From: Candidatus Saccharimonadota bacterium
Lineage (GTDB): Bacteria > Patescibacteriota > Gracilibacteria > UBA4473
Assembly (NCBI GenBank): GCA_020632335.1
Contig: JACKFV010000001.1
Location: 60,001-92,000, forward strand
Direction: 5' to 3'
DNA length: 32,000 bases
Shown here: one piece after another, positions 18,643 to 27,657 of the stretch
How the letters are laid out: each line of letters starts with the position of its first letter
How positions within the stretch are numbered: position 1 is the first letter of the stretch
The notes under the pieces: generated by a model
Databases searched by the model: none
What the model was told of the DNA's origin: nothing
The model's input: the letters and a program-made list of their open reading frames with translations, nothing else
Translations under genes and position numbers: made by a program

Positions 18643-20238
18643 ATGCAGCAATCCACCGCCATCGCTCTGCTGAAGTCTGGGAGGAATATTCTCCTCACCG
18701 GGAGTGCCGGTACGGGCAAGACTTACGTGCTCCAGCGCTTCATCCAGAGCCTGCGCGAGCACCATATCCCCGTAGCCATCACCGCCACCACGGGCATCGC
18801 GGCTACGCACATCGGCGGGCAGACCATTCACTCCTGGTCTGGTATGGGCATACGGGAGCACGTGAATGCTGCTTTTTTTGAGAAAATACTCCAGAAGAAA
18901 AAAACCAGCCAGCCCATACAGCACGCGCAGGTGCTCATCATCGACGAGATCAGCATGATGCACCGCCGCATGCTGCAGAACCTCGACCAGCTGTTGCGCT
19001 ATGTACGGAGTAATTTTGAGCCCTTTGGCGGGTTGCAGGTGGTGCTCTGCGGAGATTTCTTCCAGCTGCCCCCGATTGCTACATTCCCCGAACCCTCTGA
19101 GCAGAAGTACTGCTTTATGGCGCCGGCCTTTGCGGAGGGGCAGTTCACCGTCTGCTTCCTCACCCAGCAGTACCGGCAGGACGACCACAGCCTGGCTGGT
19201 TTCCTCAATGAAATCCGCAGCGGCACGCTCCACGGTAGTTCCTCTGAGGCCCTGAACGCCTGCATGGTGCGTACGCAGCAGACCCCTCGGGAGGACGTCC
19301 ACACGCGCCTCTACACTCATAATGCTGACGTGGATGAGATCAACGCCCGTGAGCTGGCCAAACTCCCCACCGAGGAGCAGCACTACACTGGCCGTGGCCA
19401 TGGCCCTCGTCATCTGGTAGAGGCACTGCAGAAGAGCGTACTGGCGCCCAAGCTCCTCTGCTTGAAGATCGGCGCCCGGGTCATGTGCGTGAAAAATAAC
19501 CCCGATGAAGGCTACTACAACGGCACGCTGGGGGTGGTAGAGGCCTATGATGCGGAGACCGGCTACCCCGATGTACGGCTGCATGACGGGACCCTGGTGA
19601 CGATGAAGCCGGCCGAGTGGAGCATCACCGGGGATGATGGCAAGCGTGCGGCGTCCTTTACGCAGATACCGCTGCGGCTGGCCTGGGCCATCACCGTGCA
19701 CAAGAGCCAGGGCATGACGCTGGAGAGCGCGGAGATGGACCTCAGCCATGTCTTTGAACCGGGGCAGGGCTATGTAGCCCTCAGCCGAGTAAAGCGCTGG
19801 GAGGGCCTCTACCTATTAGGCATCAACGAGCAAACACTGGCCATAGACCCCCTGGTACTTCGGGCAGACAGGCGATTCCAGGAGCTGTCTGCCACAGCGG
19901 AGACCTTCGCGCAGGAGCACGCACGGGAGCTGGAGTCCCTCTGGGAGGCCCGCATAGCAGCGCCCCCACCAGTAGCCACCCCTCCCCCAGAAGCCGACCC
20001 CACCGCCTACCTCGAGGCACTGCCTGAGCTCCACCAGCGGGTCTACCACCTGCAGCAGGAGCGCATCACGCCTAAGGGAATCCAGAAGGTACTCGGGCTG
20101 ACCGAGCAGGCCTACGCGTCTGCGGAGCGGGTCATCAGCGCTGCAGAGGAGCTGCAGAGGAGCTCCAGAGCCTCTCCCTCCATGGGCAGAACACCTACCT
20201 CAAGACCCTCCACCTCCTACAGCAAGGCCTCTCCATAG
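18643..20238 (+). CDS. Pif1/RecD-family SF1 helicase, truncated by a frameshift from its C-terminal domain
   Basis: Walker A GSAGTGKTY, Walker B LIIDEISMM, CGDFFQLPPI, and motif VI AITVHKSQGMTL. The last 26 codons (RSSRASPSMGRTPTS..) follow an 11-bp duplication and look like out-of-frame sequence. An alternative GTG start lies at 18610. Confidence 0.85.
   Translation: MQQSTAIALLKSGRNILLTGSAGTGKTYVLQRFIQSLREHHIPVAITATTGIAATHIGGQTIHSWSGMGIREHVNAAFFEKILQKKKTSQPIQHAQVLIIDEISMMHRRMLQNLDQLLRYVRSNFEPFGGLQVVLCGDFFQLPPIATFPEPSEQKYCFMAPAFAEGQFTVCFLTQQYRQDDHSLAGFLNEIRSGTLHGSSSEALNACMVRTQQTPREDVHTRLYTHNADVDEINARELAKLPTEEQHYTGRGHGPRHLVEALQKSVLAPKLLCLKIGARVMCVKNNPDEGYYNGTLGVVEAYDAETGYPDVRLHDGTLVTMKPAEWSITGDDGKRAASFTQIPLRLAWAITVHKSQGMTLESAEMDLSHVFEPGQGYVALSRVKRWEGLYLLGINEQTLAIDPLVLRADRRFQELSATAETFAQEHARELESLWEARIAAPPPVATPPPEADPTAYLEALPELHQRVYHLQQERITPKGIQKVLGLTEQAYASAERVISAAEELQRSSRASPSMGRTPTSRPSTSYSKASP
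20140..20161. repeat. Perfect 11-bp tandem duplication GCTGCAGAGGA x2, followed by the diverged copy GCTCCAGAGCC
   Basis: Direct reading of 20140-20150 and 20151-20161. Removing one copy fuses ORF 18643-20238 in frame to ORF 20244-20522. Confidence 0.95.
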
Positions 20239-20243
20239 CCGAG

Positions 20244-20522
20244 ATGAGCGCAGTGCGTGGCCTGGCACCTACTACCATCGTGCGGCACGTGAGCTACTAC
20301 CGGGGCACCCCAGAGCTCATCGCTTACCTCCGGCCGGCTGCAGAGCGCCTCACCGCTGTAGCGGCGGCCATAGCGCAGCTCCAGAGGACCAGCGGGCCCG
20401 ATGCCACCCCTGCAGAGATTTCTCAGCGCGCCCTCTATGAGGCTCTTGGGGGTCAGGTACCCTATACCGATATTCGCCTCTGTATGCTCTTCCTCCCGAC
20501 CCCAGAGGCACAGGAGACCTAA
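20244..20522 (+). CDS. Detached C-terminal helix-turn-helix fragment of the helicase
   Basis: This frame is open from 20076 and reads ..NTYLKTLHLLQQGLSIAEMSAVRGLAPTTIVRHVSYY...VPYTDIRLCML. That matches the HTH tail commonly fused to bacterial Pif1-like helicases (recalled pattern). The listed ATG is probably incidental. Confidence 0.6.
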   Translation: MSAVRGLAPTTIVRHVSYYRGTPELIAYLRPAAERLTAVAAAIAQLQRTSGPDATPAEISQRALYEALGGQVPYTDIRLCMLFLPTPEAQET

Positions 20523-23500
20523 GCTGCCGAAGCAGACACCGCACGCTGCTCTGGGGAGGGCAAGAGGTACTGGATGTCCTGCAGTAGGGCATCATACCAC
20601 GTCAGCGGCAGGGTAGTAAACTGCAGCTTCAGCGCGGTGGCACTCACCACCCATGGGCTCTTGGAGTGCTGCAGCAGCTGGAGAATCTGCCCGGGGTTAA
20701 AGCGACTGCCCATACGCAGCGTCAGCTCATGAGACTTACTACTCAGCGCGCGTATCCGCACCCCAGAGAGGTTGGCGTCGCGCATGGTCAGCTTCAGCGC
20801 TACCACCTTACACAGGTTCTCTACCTCCGCCGGGAGCCGCCCGTAGTCTTCCCGCAGCTCGGCTTTAAGCTCGCTCAGGTGTTGTAGACTCTCGGCACCA
20901 GCGAGCTCCTGGTACACCTGTATTTTCTCGTTCGCGTCCGGGATGAACTCCGCAGGGATGTAAGCGCTCAGCGGCACCTCCACCGTGATGGTCTGGTCCT
21001 GCTCCAGTGACTGCTCGGTGATCTCCCCGCTCTGCATTTTCTCCATTGTGCGCTGCAGCATCCGCATAAAGTGACTGACCCCCACCGTCTGCATAGCGCC
21101 GCTCTGGTTCGCCCCGAGGATCTCTCCTGCGCCGCGTATCTCTAGATCACGCATGGCTATCTGGAAGCCACTCCCCAGCTCACTCGCCTCCACAATCGCC
21201 CGCAGGCGTTTACGCGCCTCTATCTCCAGCCGCTGCCCGTGGTAGAGGAAGTAAGAGTAGGCCTGCGTACGGCCACGCCCCACCCGGCCACGCAGCTGGT
21301 AGAGCTGACTGAGGCCAAACTGCTCAGCGCGGTTGACGATGAGTGTATTGGCGTTGTCTAGGTCTATACCGTTCTCGATGATGGTACTGGCGATGAGTAC
21401 CTGCGCTTCTTTGTTCTTGAAGGATTTGATACGCTCTTCCAGCAGCTGGGGGCTCATCTGCCCGTGCGCGGTGAGGAAGCTCACCTCCGGGCACAGCGCC
21501 CGCAGCTGCTCGCTCAGCGCCTCTATCGTCCTCACCTCATTATGGAGGAAGTACACCTGCCCCCCACGCTCTACCTCAAAGAGAATGCGCTCCCGGATGA
21601 GATGCAGGTTAAAGCGCCGGACTTCGGTCACTACCGGCAGGCGCCCCGGCGGCGGGGTGGTGATGGTACTGATGTCCTTGAGCTTACTCAGGCTCATATT
21701 CAGCGTACGGGGGATGGGGGTAGCCGTCAGCGTGAGGAGGTCTACGTTATTGCGGTAGTGCTTCAGGTGCTCCTTTTGCTTCACGCCAAAGCGCTGTTCT
21801 TCGTCGATGATCAGCAGCCCTAGGTCATGGAATTGGATATCTTTACTCAGCAGGCGATGCGTCCCGATGACGATATCCACCATACCCAGCTTCAGCCGCC
21901 GGAGGATCTCCTGCTGCTCAGCCGCGGTCTGGAATCTACTCAGCAGTGCTATCTCCACCCCATAGCTCTTGCCCGTGATGCGCTTGAGGAAGTTCTCGTA
22001 GTGCTGCTCGGCCAAGATGGTAATGGGCGCCAGTATCGCGCACTGTCGGCCAGCGGTAAAGCACTTGAAGGCCGCGCGCATCGCCATCTCGGTCTTGCCG
22101 AAGCCTACGTCTCCACACACCAGGCGGTCCATGGGGCGCTGCCCTTGCATATCGCGCTCTATCTCATACCAGGTCTGAGCCTGGCCCGGGGTGAGCTCGT
22201 ACCGGAAGCTCTCGCAGAACTCCCGCAGCTTCTCGTCCCCCTCGCTAAAGGGCCTGCGAGTGCTCATCTCCCGCGCGGCGTAGAGCTTGAGCAGTTCACC
22301 CGCGATCTTCTCGGTCTCGGCGTTGATCTTCTTCTGGATCTTCTGCCACTCGCTACTGTTGAGTTTGGTGAGTTTGGGGTGCTCATCACCGATGAATTTC
22401 GTGAGTTTTTCGGCGCTCTCCACGGGCACAAAGAGCTTGTCGCTCCCCGCGTATTCCAGCTTGAGGTACTCCCGCACGCCCATGTCGGCCACCTCGCGTC
22501 GCACAATACCGTCAAAATGCGCCACCCCGTGCGCCACATGGATGACATAGTCCCCGGGCTTGAGCTTGCTCAGCATCTCGGTATTCATGCCCTTGATGGC
22601 CTTCTTGGCCTTAGACGAGCGGTGGAACTGGAAGATCTCCCGGTCTGTCAGCAGCAGCTGCCTGGCAGAAGCATTCTGGAAGGAGTGGGGCATAAAGGCC
22701 TCCTCAGCGAGCTTGATAAGCGTGACCGTACTGGGCACCCCATGCGCGGTATCCTCGCTGTACATGATCTGATTTTCCCGCAGGAGGTGCTCTATTTCCT
22801 CGTGTTTTTTCGTCATGATGACGATGGCAAACTCGCGGTGGAAGCGCTCCTTGATATCCACAATGAAGTCTGGGAGCGTGTAATAGGGCAGCACGCTGAA
22901 GTAATTGAGGTGGAAAAAGACGCTGTCCTCCGGCGGAAAGCTGGTGAAAGTCACCCGCTCTAGCCCCTCCGGCAGGGGTAATTCCTCAGTGTCGTCGGCA
23001 ATATCATCAGCGATGAAGAGGCTGCGGCGCCCCCCCGTAGCCTGCTGCTCGCGGTTTTCCCGCCCCAGTACATCCAGCAGCGTACTGCTCGTGGTGCTCA
23101 CTCGCCCTGGGTAGAGGTCCACCTCCGTGCGTGCCCGCAGGTCGGTCAGCTGCGCGAGGTCCACCTCGGTTATCGACTCTACCTCCTCGCCGAAGAGATC
23201 CACGCGCACCGTCACCTCACTCTGCAGTGGCGCCAGGAAGAGGCTGTCTCCGCGCCGCACGTACTCCCCGGGCTGCAGCACGCGCTCCACTGCCGGGCGG
23301 TAGCCATAGCGCTCCAGCGTGTCAAAGAGCTTATAGGGCCGCACCGTCTGGCCCACACGCAGGGTCTGCGTCCCGGCCAGTATCTCGGCCTGGCTGGGCA
23401 GCGGCTGGGCACTCACAGAAGCAAAATCCTCAAAGAGGAAGAGCGATGGCGCCTCCTCCGCAAAGGCCATGAGGACCTGGTAGTAGTCGCGCAGGGTTAG

Positions 23501-23755
23501 CTGGGGTTTGATAAGGTGCACCCGCAGCGGTAGCAGCAGCCCCGCCACGTGCTGCAGGCTGCCGGCATCAGCGTCGTTACTGGCCCAGAAGACATGCCCC
23601 ACCGGTGCCGACCGGAGGATCTGCCCCACCACAAAGCACTTGGCCGCAGCATTACCCATGTGTACCAGCGTCAGGCTGCCCGTCGTCTGCAGGTGCTCGA
23701 GCGGAGCGCTGAGGTCAAGCGAGAACGGGAGTGAGAGCGGCGAAGAGTCCGGCAT
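20519..23755 (-). CDS. mfd: Transcription-repair coupling factor
   Basis: 1078 aa. CarD/RNAP-interaction segment [19 protein letters not shown]2 motifs [19 protein letters not shown] and QLRGRVGR. C-terminal TRCF-like domain. Confidence 0.95.
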   Translation of the reverse strand: MPDSSPLSLPFSLDLSAPLEHLQTTGSLTLVHMGNAAAKCFVVGQILRSAPVGHVFWASNDADAGSLQHVAGLLLPLRVHLIKPQLTLRDYYQVLMAFAEEAPSLFLFEDFASVSAQPLPSQAEILAGTQTLRVGQTVRPYKLFDTLERYGYRPAVERVLQPGEYVRRGDSLFLAPLQSEVTVRVDLFGEEVESITEVDLAQLTDLRARTEVDLYPGRVSTTSSTLLDVLGRENREQQATGGRRSLFIADDIADDTEELPLPEGLERVTFTSFPPEDSVFFHLNYFSVLPYYTLPDFIVDIKERFHREFAIVIMTKKHEEIEHLLRENQIMYSEDTAHGVPSTVTLIKLAEEAFMPHSFQNASARQLLLTDREIFQFHRSSKAKKAIKGMNTEMLSKLKPGDYVIHVAHGVAHFDGIVRREVADMGVREYLKLEYAGSDKLFVPVESAEKLTKFIGDEHPKLTKLNSSEWQKIQKKINAETEKIAGELLKLYAAREMSTRRPFSEGDEKLREFCESFRYELTPGQAQTWYEIERDMQGQRPMDRLVCGDVGFGKTEMAMRAAFKCFTAGRQCAILAPITILAEQHYENFLKRITGKSYGVEIALLSRFQTAAEQQEILRRLKLGMVDIVIGTHRLLSKDIQFHDLGLLIIDEEQRFGVKQKEHLKHYRNNVDLLTLTATPIPRTLNMSLSKLKDISTITTPPPGRLPVVTEVRRFNLHLIRERILFEVERGGQVYFLHNEVRTIEALSEQLRALCPEVSFLTAHGQMSPQLLEERIKSFKNKEAQVLIASTIIENGIDLDNANTLIVNRAEQFGLSQLYQLRGRVGRGRTQAYSYFLYHGQRLEIEARKRLRAIVEASELGSGFQIAMRDLEIRGAGEILGANQSGAMQTVGVSHFMRMLQRTMEKMQSGEITEQSLEQDQTITVEVPLSAYIPAEFIPDANEKIQVYQELAGAESLQHLSELKAELREDYGRLPAEVENLCKVVALKLTMRDANLSGVRIRALSSKSHELTLRMGSRFNPGQILQLLQHSKSPWVVSATALKLQFTTLPLTWYDALLQDIQYLLPSPEQRAVSASAA

Positions 23756-23795
23756 AGCAGAAAGCGTGCTAAGAGGTAGAAGAGGTAGAGGAATA

Positions 23796-24254
23796 TTACG
23801 TACGAGAGACGTGCATCTCCGGCCCGTGGCTCGTCAGGCTCTGGCGGAGAGAAGGGATGACAAAGCTCGGCAGCAGACGGTGCTGCGGGTTCTGGAGGGA
23901 GATCCACTGCGCGTCGTGCACCTCATACGCGTGGCTGGCGGCGGCCCAGTCTATAGCACGGTAGGCCGCCCCATTCTCTATGAGGTAGAAGAACTCCAGC
24001 AGGTGGCACTGCCCACGCGAGTCATCTATGCATAGCTGGTGCACAAACCGCAGCCCCCCGACTACCGGCGTGATACCCGTTTCCTCCTCCATCTCTCGTA
24101 CCATGGCCTCCTCCAGCGTCTCGAGGTAATCCACCCCACCCCCTGGTAGCGCGTAGTAGTCTGCCGTAGGACGGTGCTGAAACCCCAAGATCTCGCCCTG
24201 GTCTATGATGAGCCCCCGGACGGTAACGCGAGGCGTAGCAGTAATGTGCGTCAT
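23796..24254 (-). CDS. NUDIX hydrolase
   Basis: Nudix box GGGVDYLETLEEAMVREMEEETGI (GX5EX7REUXEEXGU). Its start overlaps the upstream stop as ATGA. Confidence 0.85.
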   Translation of the reverse strand: MTHITATPRVTVRGLIIDQGEILGFQHRPTADYYALPGGGVDYLETLEEAMVREMEEETGITPVVGGLRFVHQLCIDDSRGQCHLLEFFYLIENGAAYRAIDWAAASHAYEVHDAQWISLQNPQHRLLPSFVIPSLRQSLTSHGPEMHVSRT

Positions 24255-25048
24255 GATGAAGAGGATGAGAGATGAAAGAGAGACGCGGCCATAGCCGGCT
24301 GCTTTATGCGTTCGGTGGGCATGCCCTCGGTGTCTTGGCGGCAGGCCTCCCGCAGGAGCTCTCGGTCTCGGCTCCAGCCCTCACCCGTGTACCACTCCAC
24401 GGCGTTGAAGTCTCGTACCTTGTACCGCGCGCTCTCCCCATAGCAGGTGCCCAAGTAGGCATACTGCCCCCCCGCAGCGGCCGCCCAGGCGATGCAGTGC
24501 CCCATACACCACTTGCCCAGGGAGTAGTCGTCATAGTAGCGCAGGTCATAGAAGCTAAACCAGTGGTAGAACGACACCCCCGTCCAGCAGCTCAGTACAT
24601 AGCCAATAGGCTGGCCGTCAGAGGTATAGGTGAGGATATGCGTGGCCACCGGAGTTGCGATGAGCCGCTCCAGATGCGCCCGATCAAACCGCCTGCCCGT
24701 CAGCCAGCGCTGCTCACTGTAGTGTTCGCAGAATCTCCAGAACGCCTCCGTGAAGGCAAATTCCTCCAGCGGAATGAGCGCTGCGGTGATGCTGAGGGGC
24801 GCTACCTTCCCCTCCAGCCGACGATTCTCCGACGTCTCCGTCCAGTCACGCAGGGCTATCCGTACGCTCCGGTTCAGGCGGAAGACCGTCTTTCCCTCCA
24901 CCCAGGGCGTCATGGTGTGCGGGCTATACCCGGCGGCAAAGGCGCTATCCCACGCAGCGGGGTTCTCTTCCTCCGCCAGGGCATAGACCCCGTACCCAAA
25001 GGTCATGGTGGCGTAGTCAGGGCGGCACTCCGAGTAGATAAGACGCAT
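24251..25048 (-). CDS. ATE/Bpt-family aminoacyl-tRNA-protein transferase-like protein (divergent)
   Basis: The C-terminal half has the ATE_C-like pattern ..SFYHWFSFYD....YSLGKWCMGHCIAWAAAAGGQYAYLGTCYGESARYKVRDFNAVEW. The N-terminal part (SVRIALRDWTETSENRRL) resembles the ATE_N end but lacks an obvious Cys cluster. The family call is from recalled motifs. Confidence 0.6.
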   Translation of the reverse strand: MRLIYSECRPDYATMTFGYGVYALAEEENPAAWDSAFAAGYSPHTMTPWVEGKTVFRLNRSVRIALRDWTETSENRRLEGKVAPLSITAALIPLEEFAFTEAFWRFCEHYSEQRWLTGRRFDRAHLERLIATPVATHILTYTSDGQPIGYVLSCWTGVSFYHWFSFYDLRYYDDYSLGKWCMGHCIAWAAAAGGQYAYLGTCYGESARYKVRDFNAVEWYTGEGWSRDRELLREACRQDTEGMPTERIKQPAMAASLFHLSSSSS

Positions 25049-25085
25049 ACCAAAACGATCAAATAGCGACCAACTGTATAGCGTC

Positions 25086-25113
25086 TATATAGGGAGATCT
25101 CAGCGCTTGGCAA
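25086..25113 (-). promoter_or_regulatory. Candidate promoter of the transferase-NUDIX(-mfd) unit
   Basis: On the minus strand: TTGCCA, a 16-nt spacer, TATATA, then about a 37-nt leader to ATG 25048. Confidence 0.4.
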
Positions 25114-25118
25114 GTGAT

Positions 25119-25970
25119 TTACCACGCCCGCAGCGTCCGCATACCCCGCAGCTGCAGGGTGGGGCGAGCCTCTCCCGTCAGTCCCAGGTTGCGGTGCTCA
25201 GGGGTGTCTGGCAGCTGGAGCCCCATGCGATAGGTAATAAAGGGCTGGGTCTGCGGCAGGCTATACGCGCGGGTAGTGTCGGCATTGGGGTGCAGCACTA
25301 TAGCGAGAGAAGCTACCTCCACCGTGGGGAGTGGCAGTGGCGTCCAGGGTTCGGTCTCCGTCCAGGTGTCGCTCAGGCCATCGCCGTCAGTGTCCTCCCC
25401 CGTGAGGTGCGTCTCCTCCAGCACCCCCGCCGTCACACGCCAGCCCTTACGCTCCGTACCACTCAGGCTCCTCAGCAGCAGCTGCGCTAGCTCCTCTCCC
25501 CCATCGCCTATGCGTATACAGGGGTCAGGCATGCCCTCAGGCGTCATGCCGCCCAGGGTCACGTTGCTGAGGCCATCGCCCGTGGTGTCCCACGCGAAGA
25601 GCCGCCCATACGGCACCTGCGCGCGAGCCTCTGGGGTGTTCTCTGTTGGGGTCTCTGGGGGGAGCTGCCGCGGGTCAAACGCCCTGCACCCGGGCGAGCC
25701 ATAGGCGTCGTGGTACCAGTCGTAGTCGATGGTGTAGCCGTCCGTGAAGGCCTGGAGCCGCTGCTGCATCAGCAGGCTCTCCGCCGCAAAGCCCTCCTCC
25801 ACCCGAGCACGCTCAAACCGCTGGTAGAGCTGCATCACCGCGCCGGTCGCCGTCAGCATCACCAGCGCTCCCACCCCCATCGCCACCAGGAGTTCCAGGA
25901 GGGTAAACCCACGAGTATGCAGTGCACCAGGAGTATTAGTCGCCATAGTGCTCGCGGTTATAGAGGTCAT
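25119..25970 (-). CDS. Prepilin-type N-terminal cleavage/methylation domain protein (large minor-pilin/pseudopilin-like)
   Basis: Class III signal HTRG|FTLLELLVAMGVGALV with Glu at +5. The body carries DTDGDGLSD and TTGDGLSN Asp-Gly motifs. The start may be ATG 25946 (MATNT..). Confidence 0.7.
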   Translation of the reverse strand: MTSITASTMATNTPGALHTRGFTLLELLVAMGVGALVMLTATGAVMQLYQRFERARVEEGFAAESLLMQQRLQAFTDGYTIDYDWYHDAYGSPGCRAFDPRQLPPETPTENTPEARAQVPYGRLFAWDTTGDGLSNVTLGGMTPEGMPDPCIRIGDGGEELAQLLLRSLSGTERKGWRVTAGVLEETHLTGEDTDGDGLSDTWTETEPWTPLPLPTVEVASLAIVLHPNADTTRAYSLPQTQPFITYRMGLQLPDTPEHRNLGLTGEARPTLQLRGMRTLRAW

Positions 25971-26568
25971 AGAGCACTGCGCTCACCGTCAGCCGTTCGC
26001 GGTCACTGGGGCCCCATGCCACGGTAGAATGGGCGGTTATCCGTTGCTCGGTGCAGGTTTCTCGTACTATGGCTCCTCTGCCACACTGCGGAGAGGGATC
26101 ATAACTGAGCGTCAGCCAATGAAAATAAGGCATAGGCTCAGCAGTCACGGTATAGCCCCACAGGCCATCGTCTTGCTCATAGAGCCTATAGGGGCGCGAG
26201 AAGATATCCAGCCCAGGGGTCTCGGTAAGCCATACACGGTCACCCTCTATCATCGCCCTATACTGAGAACCAAACAGTGGCACCTGCGCGCTACAGTCCT
26301 GCACTGGGGTATCTACACATCGCCAGTAGTCGCGCAGCTCGGCCCCATAGCGCAGCGCATTGGTATCCCTCCACTGGTACACCGCCTCGATGCTGCTACT
26401 GGCTATGAGGAGCGCCTCGGTACGCTGCGCAAGGAAACTATCGGTGCGCAGTACCTGCCCAAAAAGCATATAAATACTACTCAGCACCGTGGCGAGAATA
26501 CTCACGGCCAAGAGCACCTCTATGAGGGACTCTCCTGCAGCGCGAGTACGAAGGGCGGGCACGGCCAT
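25936..26568 (-). CDS. Prepilin-type N-terminal domain protein (pseudopilin-like)
   Basis: RAAG|ESLIEVLLAVSILATVL has Gly at -1, Glu at +5 and a hydrophobic helix. It overlaps the downstream pilin-like gene. Confidence 0.6.
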   Translation of the reverse strand: MAVPALRTRAAGESLIEVLLAVSILATVLSSIYMLFGQVLRTDSFLAQRTEALLIASSSIEAVYQWRDTNALRYGAELRDYWRCVDTPVQDCSAQVPLFGSQYRAMIEGDRVWLTETPGLDIFSRPYRLYEQDDGLWGYTVTAEPMPYFHWLTLSYDPSPQCGRGAIVRETCTEQRITAHSTVAWGPSDRERLTVSAVLYDLYNREHYGD

Positions 26569-26619
26569 CTGAGCAGTCTAGCACAGGCCTGCTATGCTGT
26601 CTAGTGCGCACCGGGCTCC

Positions 26620-27000
26620 CTATTTCTTCTCGGTACGCTGCGCCACCGTACGCACGTTGTGTTCTATCTGCAGCATGACCTCGATGAACTCTGCCAAGAA
26701 GTAACAAAACACCAGCAGCAAGAACGCCCCCCCAATGCACAGCAGGAAGTACAGTAGCCCCTGGCCGAAGGTCTCCGAGGTAAAGAGGAGGATAATGCCC
26801 ACCACCAGGTACACCAGCGCAAACACCACCCCCAGTACCTTAAGGAAGCTACGCATCGTCACCAGTGCCGGGTAGCGCTTGGCGGCCTGCTGCAGGTCAG
26901 CCAGTTGCTCGGTCTGCACGGCTCTCATACTCTGCTGGAACTGCTCTGGCGTCTCCTCTACCACTTCTTCGATGATGTCAGTGCTCGGTGCTTTGGCCAT
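26620..27000 (-). CDS. Hypothetical two-TM membrane protein, first gene of the pilin-like cluster
   Basis: 126-aa ORF with an acidic N-terminus and two hydrophobic helices (VLGVVFALVYLVVGIILLF and LLYFLLCIGGAFLLLVFCYFL). No family recognised. Confidence 0.45.
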   Translation of the reverse strand: MAKAPSTDIIEEVVEETPEQFQQSMRAVQTEQLADLQQAAKRYPALVTMRSFLKVLGVVFALVYLVVGIILLFTSETFGQGLLYFLLCIGGAFLLLVFCYFLAEFIEVMLQIEHNVRTVAQRTEKK

Positions 27001-27073
27001 ACGGTGCGTCAGTTATGCCCCCAGTCTAGGCGATGCAGTGCCCCCTGGCAATGCGAAGAACGCTGAGTTCCTC

Positions 27074-27102
27074 TTGACGAATTACTGTCATCATGGTAAT
27101 AT
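27074..27102 (+). promoter_or_regulatory. Sigma70-like promoter of the RRM gene
   Basis: TTGACG (27074-27079), a 17-nt spacer, TAATAT (27097-27102). This implies a 5' UTR of about 140 nt before ATG 27251. Confidence 0.55.
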
Positions 27103-27250
27103 GTGGGAGATTTTGCTTGCCAACTCTAGAATACCGTGTAATGATGGAGGTGCAATTGCGAGCATATTGGCGAGTAGCACTGGCGAGGAATACGCACAGG
27201 ATACGGTCAGACCGATGGCAAGGATTGTGTATTTCTCTCATTTCCTCCTT

Positions 27251-27583
27251 ATGGATAATGCAAAACTTTTCGTAGGAAACCTCAGCTGGGGTGTCCGCGA
27301 TGAAACGCTCCGCGAAGCGTTCGAACAAGCCGGTACCGTTGTTTCTGCCTCTGTCATGCTCGAGCGTGACACCGGGCGCTCTCGAGGCTTTGCCTTTGTA
27401 GAAATGGCCAGCCCTGAAGAGGCGCAGGCCGCTATAGAGATGTGGAACGAAAAAGAGCTCGATGGTCGAGCCCTGGCGGTCAACATCGCGAAGCCAAAGG
27501 CCCCACGGTCTGAAGGATTCGGTGGTGGTAGCCGTGGTGGCTACGGTGGCGGACGCCAAAGCGGTGGTTATCGCCCTTACTAG
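27251..27583 (+). CDS. RRM-type RNA-binding protein with Gly/Arg-rich tail
   Basis: RNP2 LFVGNLSW and RNP1 RGFAFVEM. C-terminal GFGGGSRGGYGGGRQSGGYRPY. Start set at ATG 27251, because the ORF-track extension to 26879 runs through the promoter and into the 5' end of the opposite-strand gene. Confidence 0.9.
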   Translation: MDNAKLFVGNLSWGVRDETLREAFEQAGTVVSASVMLERDTGRSRGFAFVEMASPEEAQAAIEMWNEKELDGRALAVNIAKPKAPRSEGFGGGSRGGYGGGRQSGGYRPY

Positions 27584-27608
27584 TACCGCGTACTACGATA
27601 TACAATGG

Positions 27609-27640
27609 CGCCCTGTCTGATAAAGATGGGGCGTTTTTGT
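27609..27640 (+). terminator. Rho-independent terminator after the RRM gene
   Basis: Hairpin CGCCCTGTCT-gataa-AGATGGGGCG, with a 2-nt internal mismatch, followed by TTTTTGT. Confidence 0.55.
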
Positions 27641-27657
27641 CTATCTATTTTGTATGC

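Noticed and set aside
18873-18904. T7 and A7 homopolymers within the helicase gene (..AAFFEKILQKKKTSQ..)
   Set aside because: Both are in frame and encode plausible sequence. They are slippage-prone in principle, but nothing indicates a switch.
18637-19749. 370-aa ORF antisense to the helicase gene
   Set aside because: The same artefact applies. The sense strand carries all the SF1 helicase motifs, and the antisense product has no recognisable features.
21827-22963. 378-aa ORF antisense to mfd
   Set aside because: This is an antisense shadow ORF inside a well-supported mfd gene.
23771-23791. Tandem 9-mer AAGAGGTAG x2 plus a partial copy in the 40-nt NUDIX-mfd spacer
   Set aside because: It is too short to interpret. 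It looks like an SD only on the plus strand, where no credible gene follows. On the coding strand it is just a pyrimidine tract.
24272-25066. 264-aa ORF antisense to the transferase-like gene
   Set aside because: It is a shadow ORF. The minus-strand frame has ATE_C-like motifs, operon coupling (ATGA) and a promoter.
26879-27250. Upstream extension of the RRM ORF (234-aa version)
   Set aside because: It runs through a strong promoter and the 5' end of the opposite-strand membrane-protein gene. The RRM fold starts right after ATG 27251.
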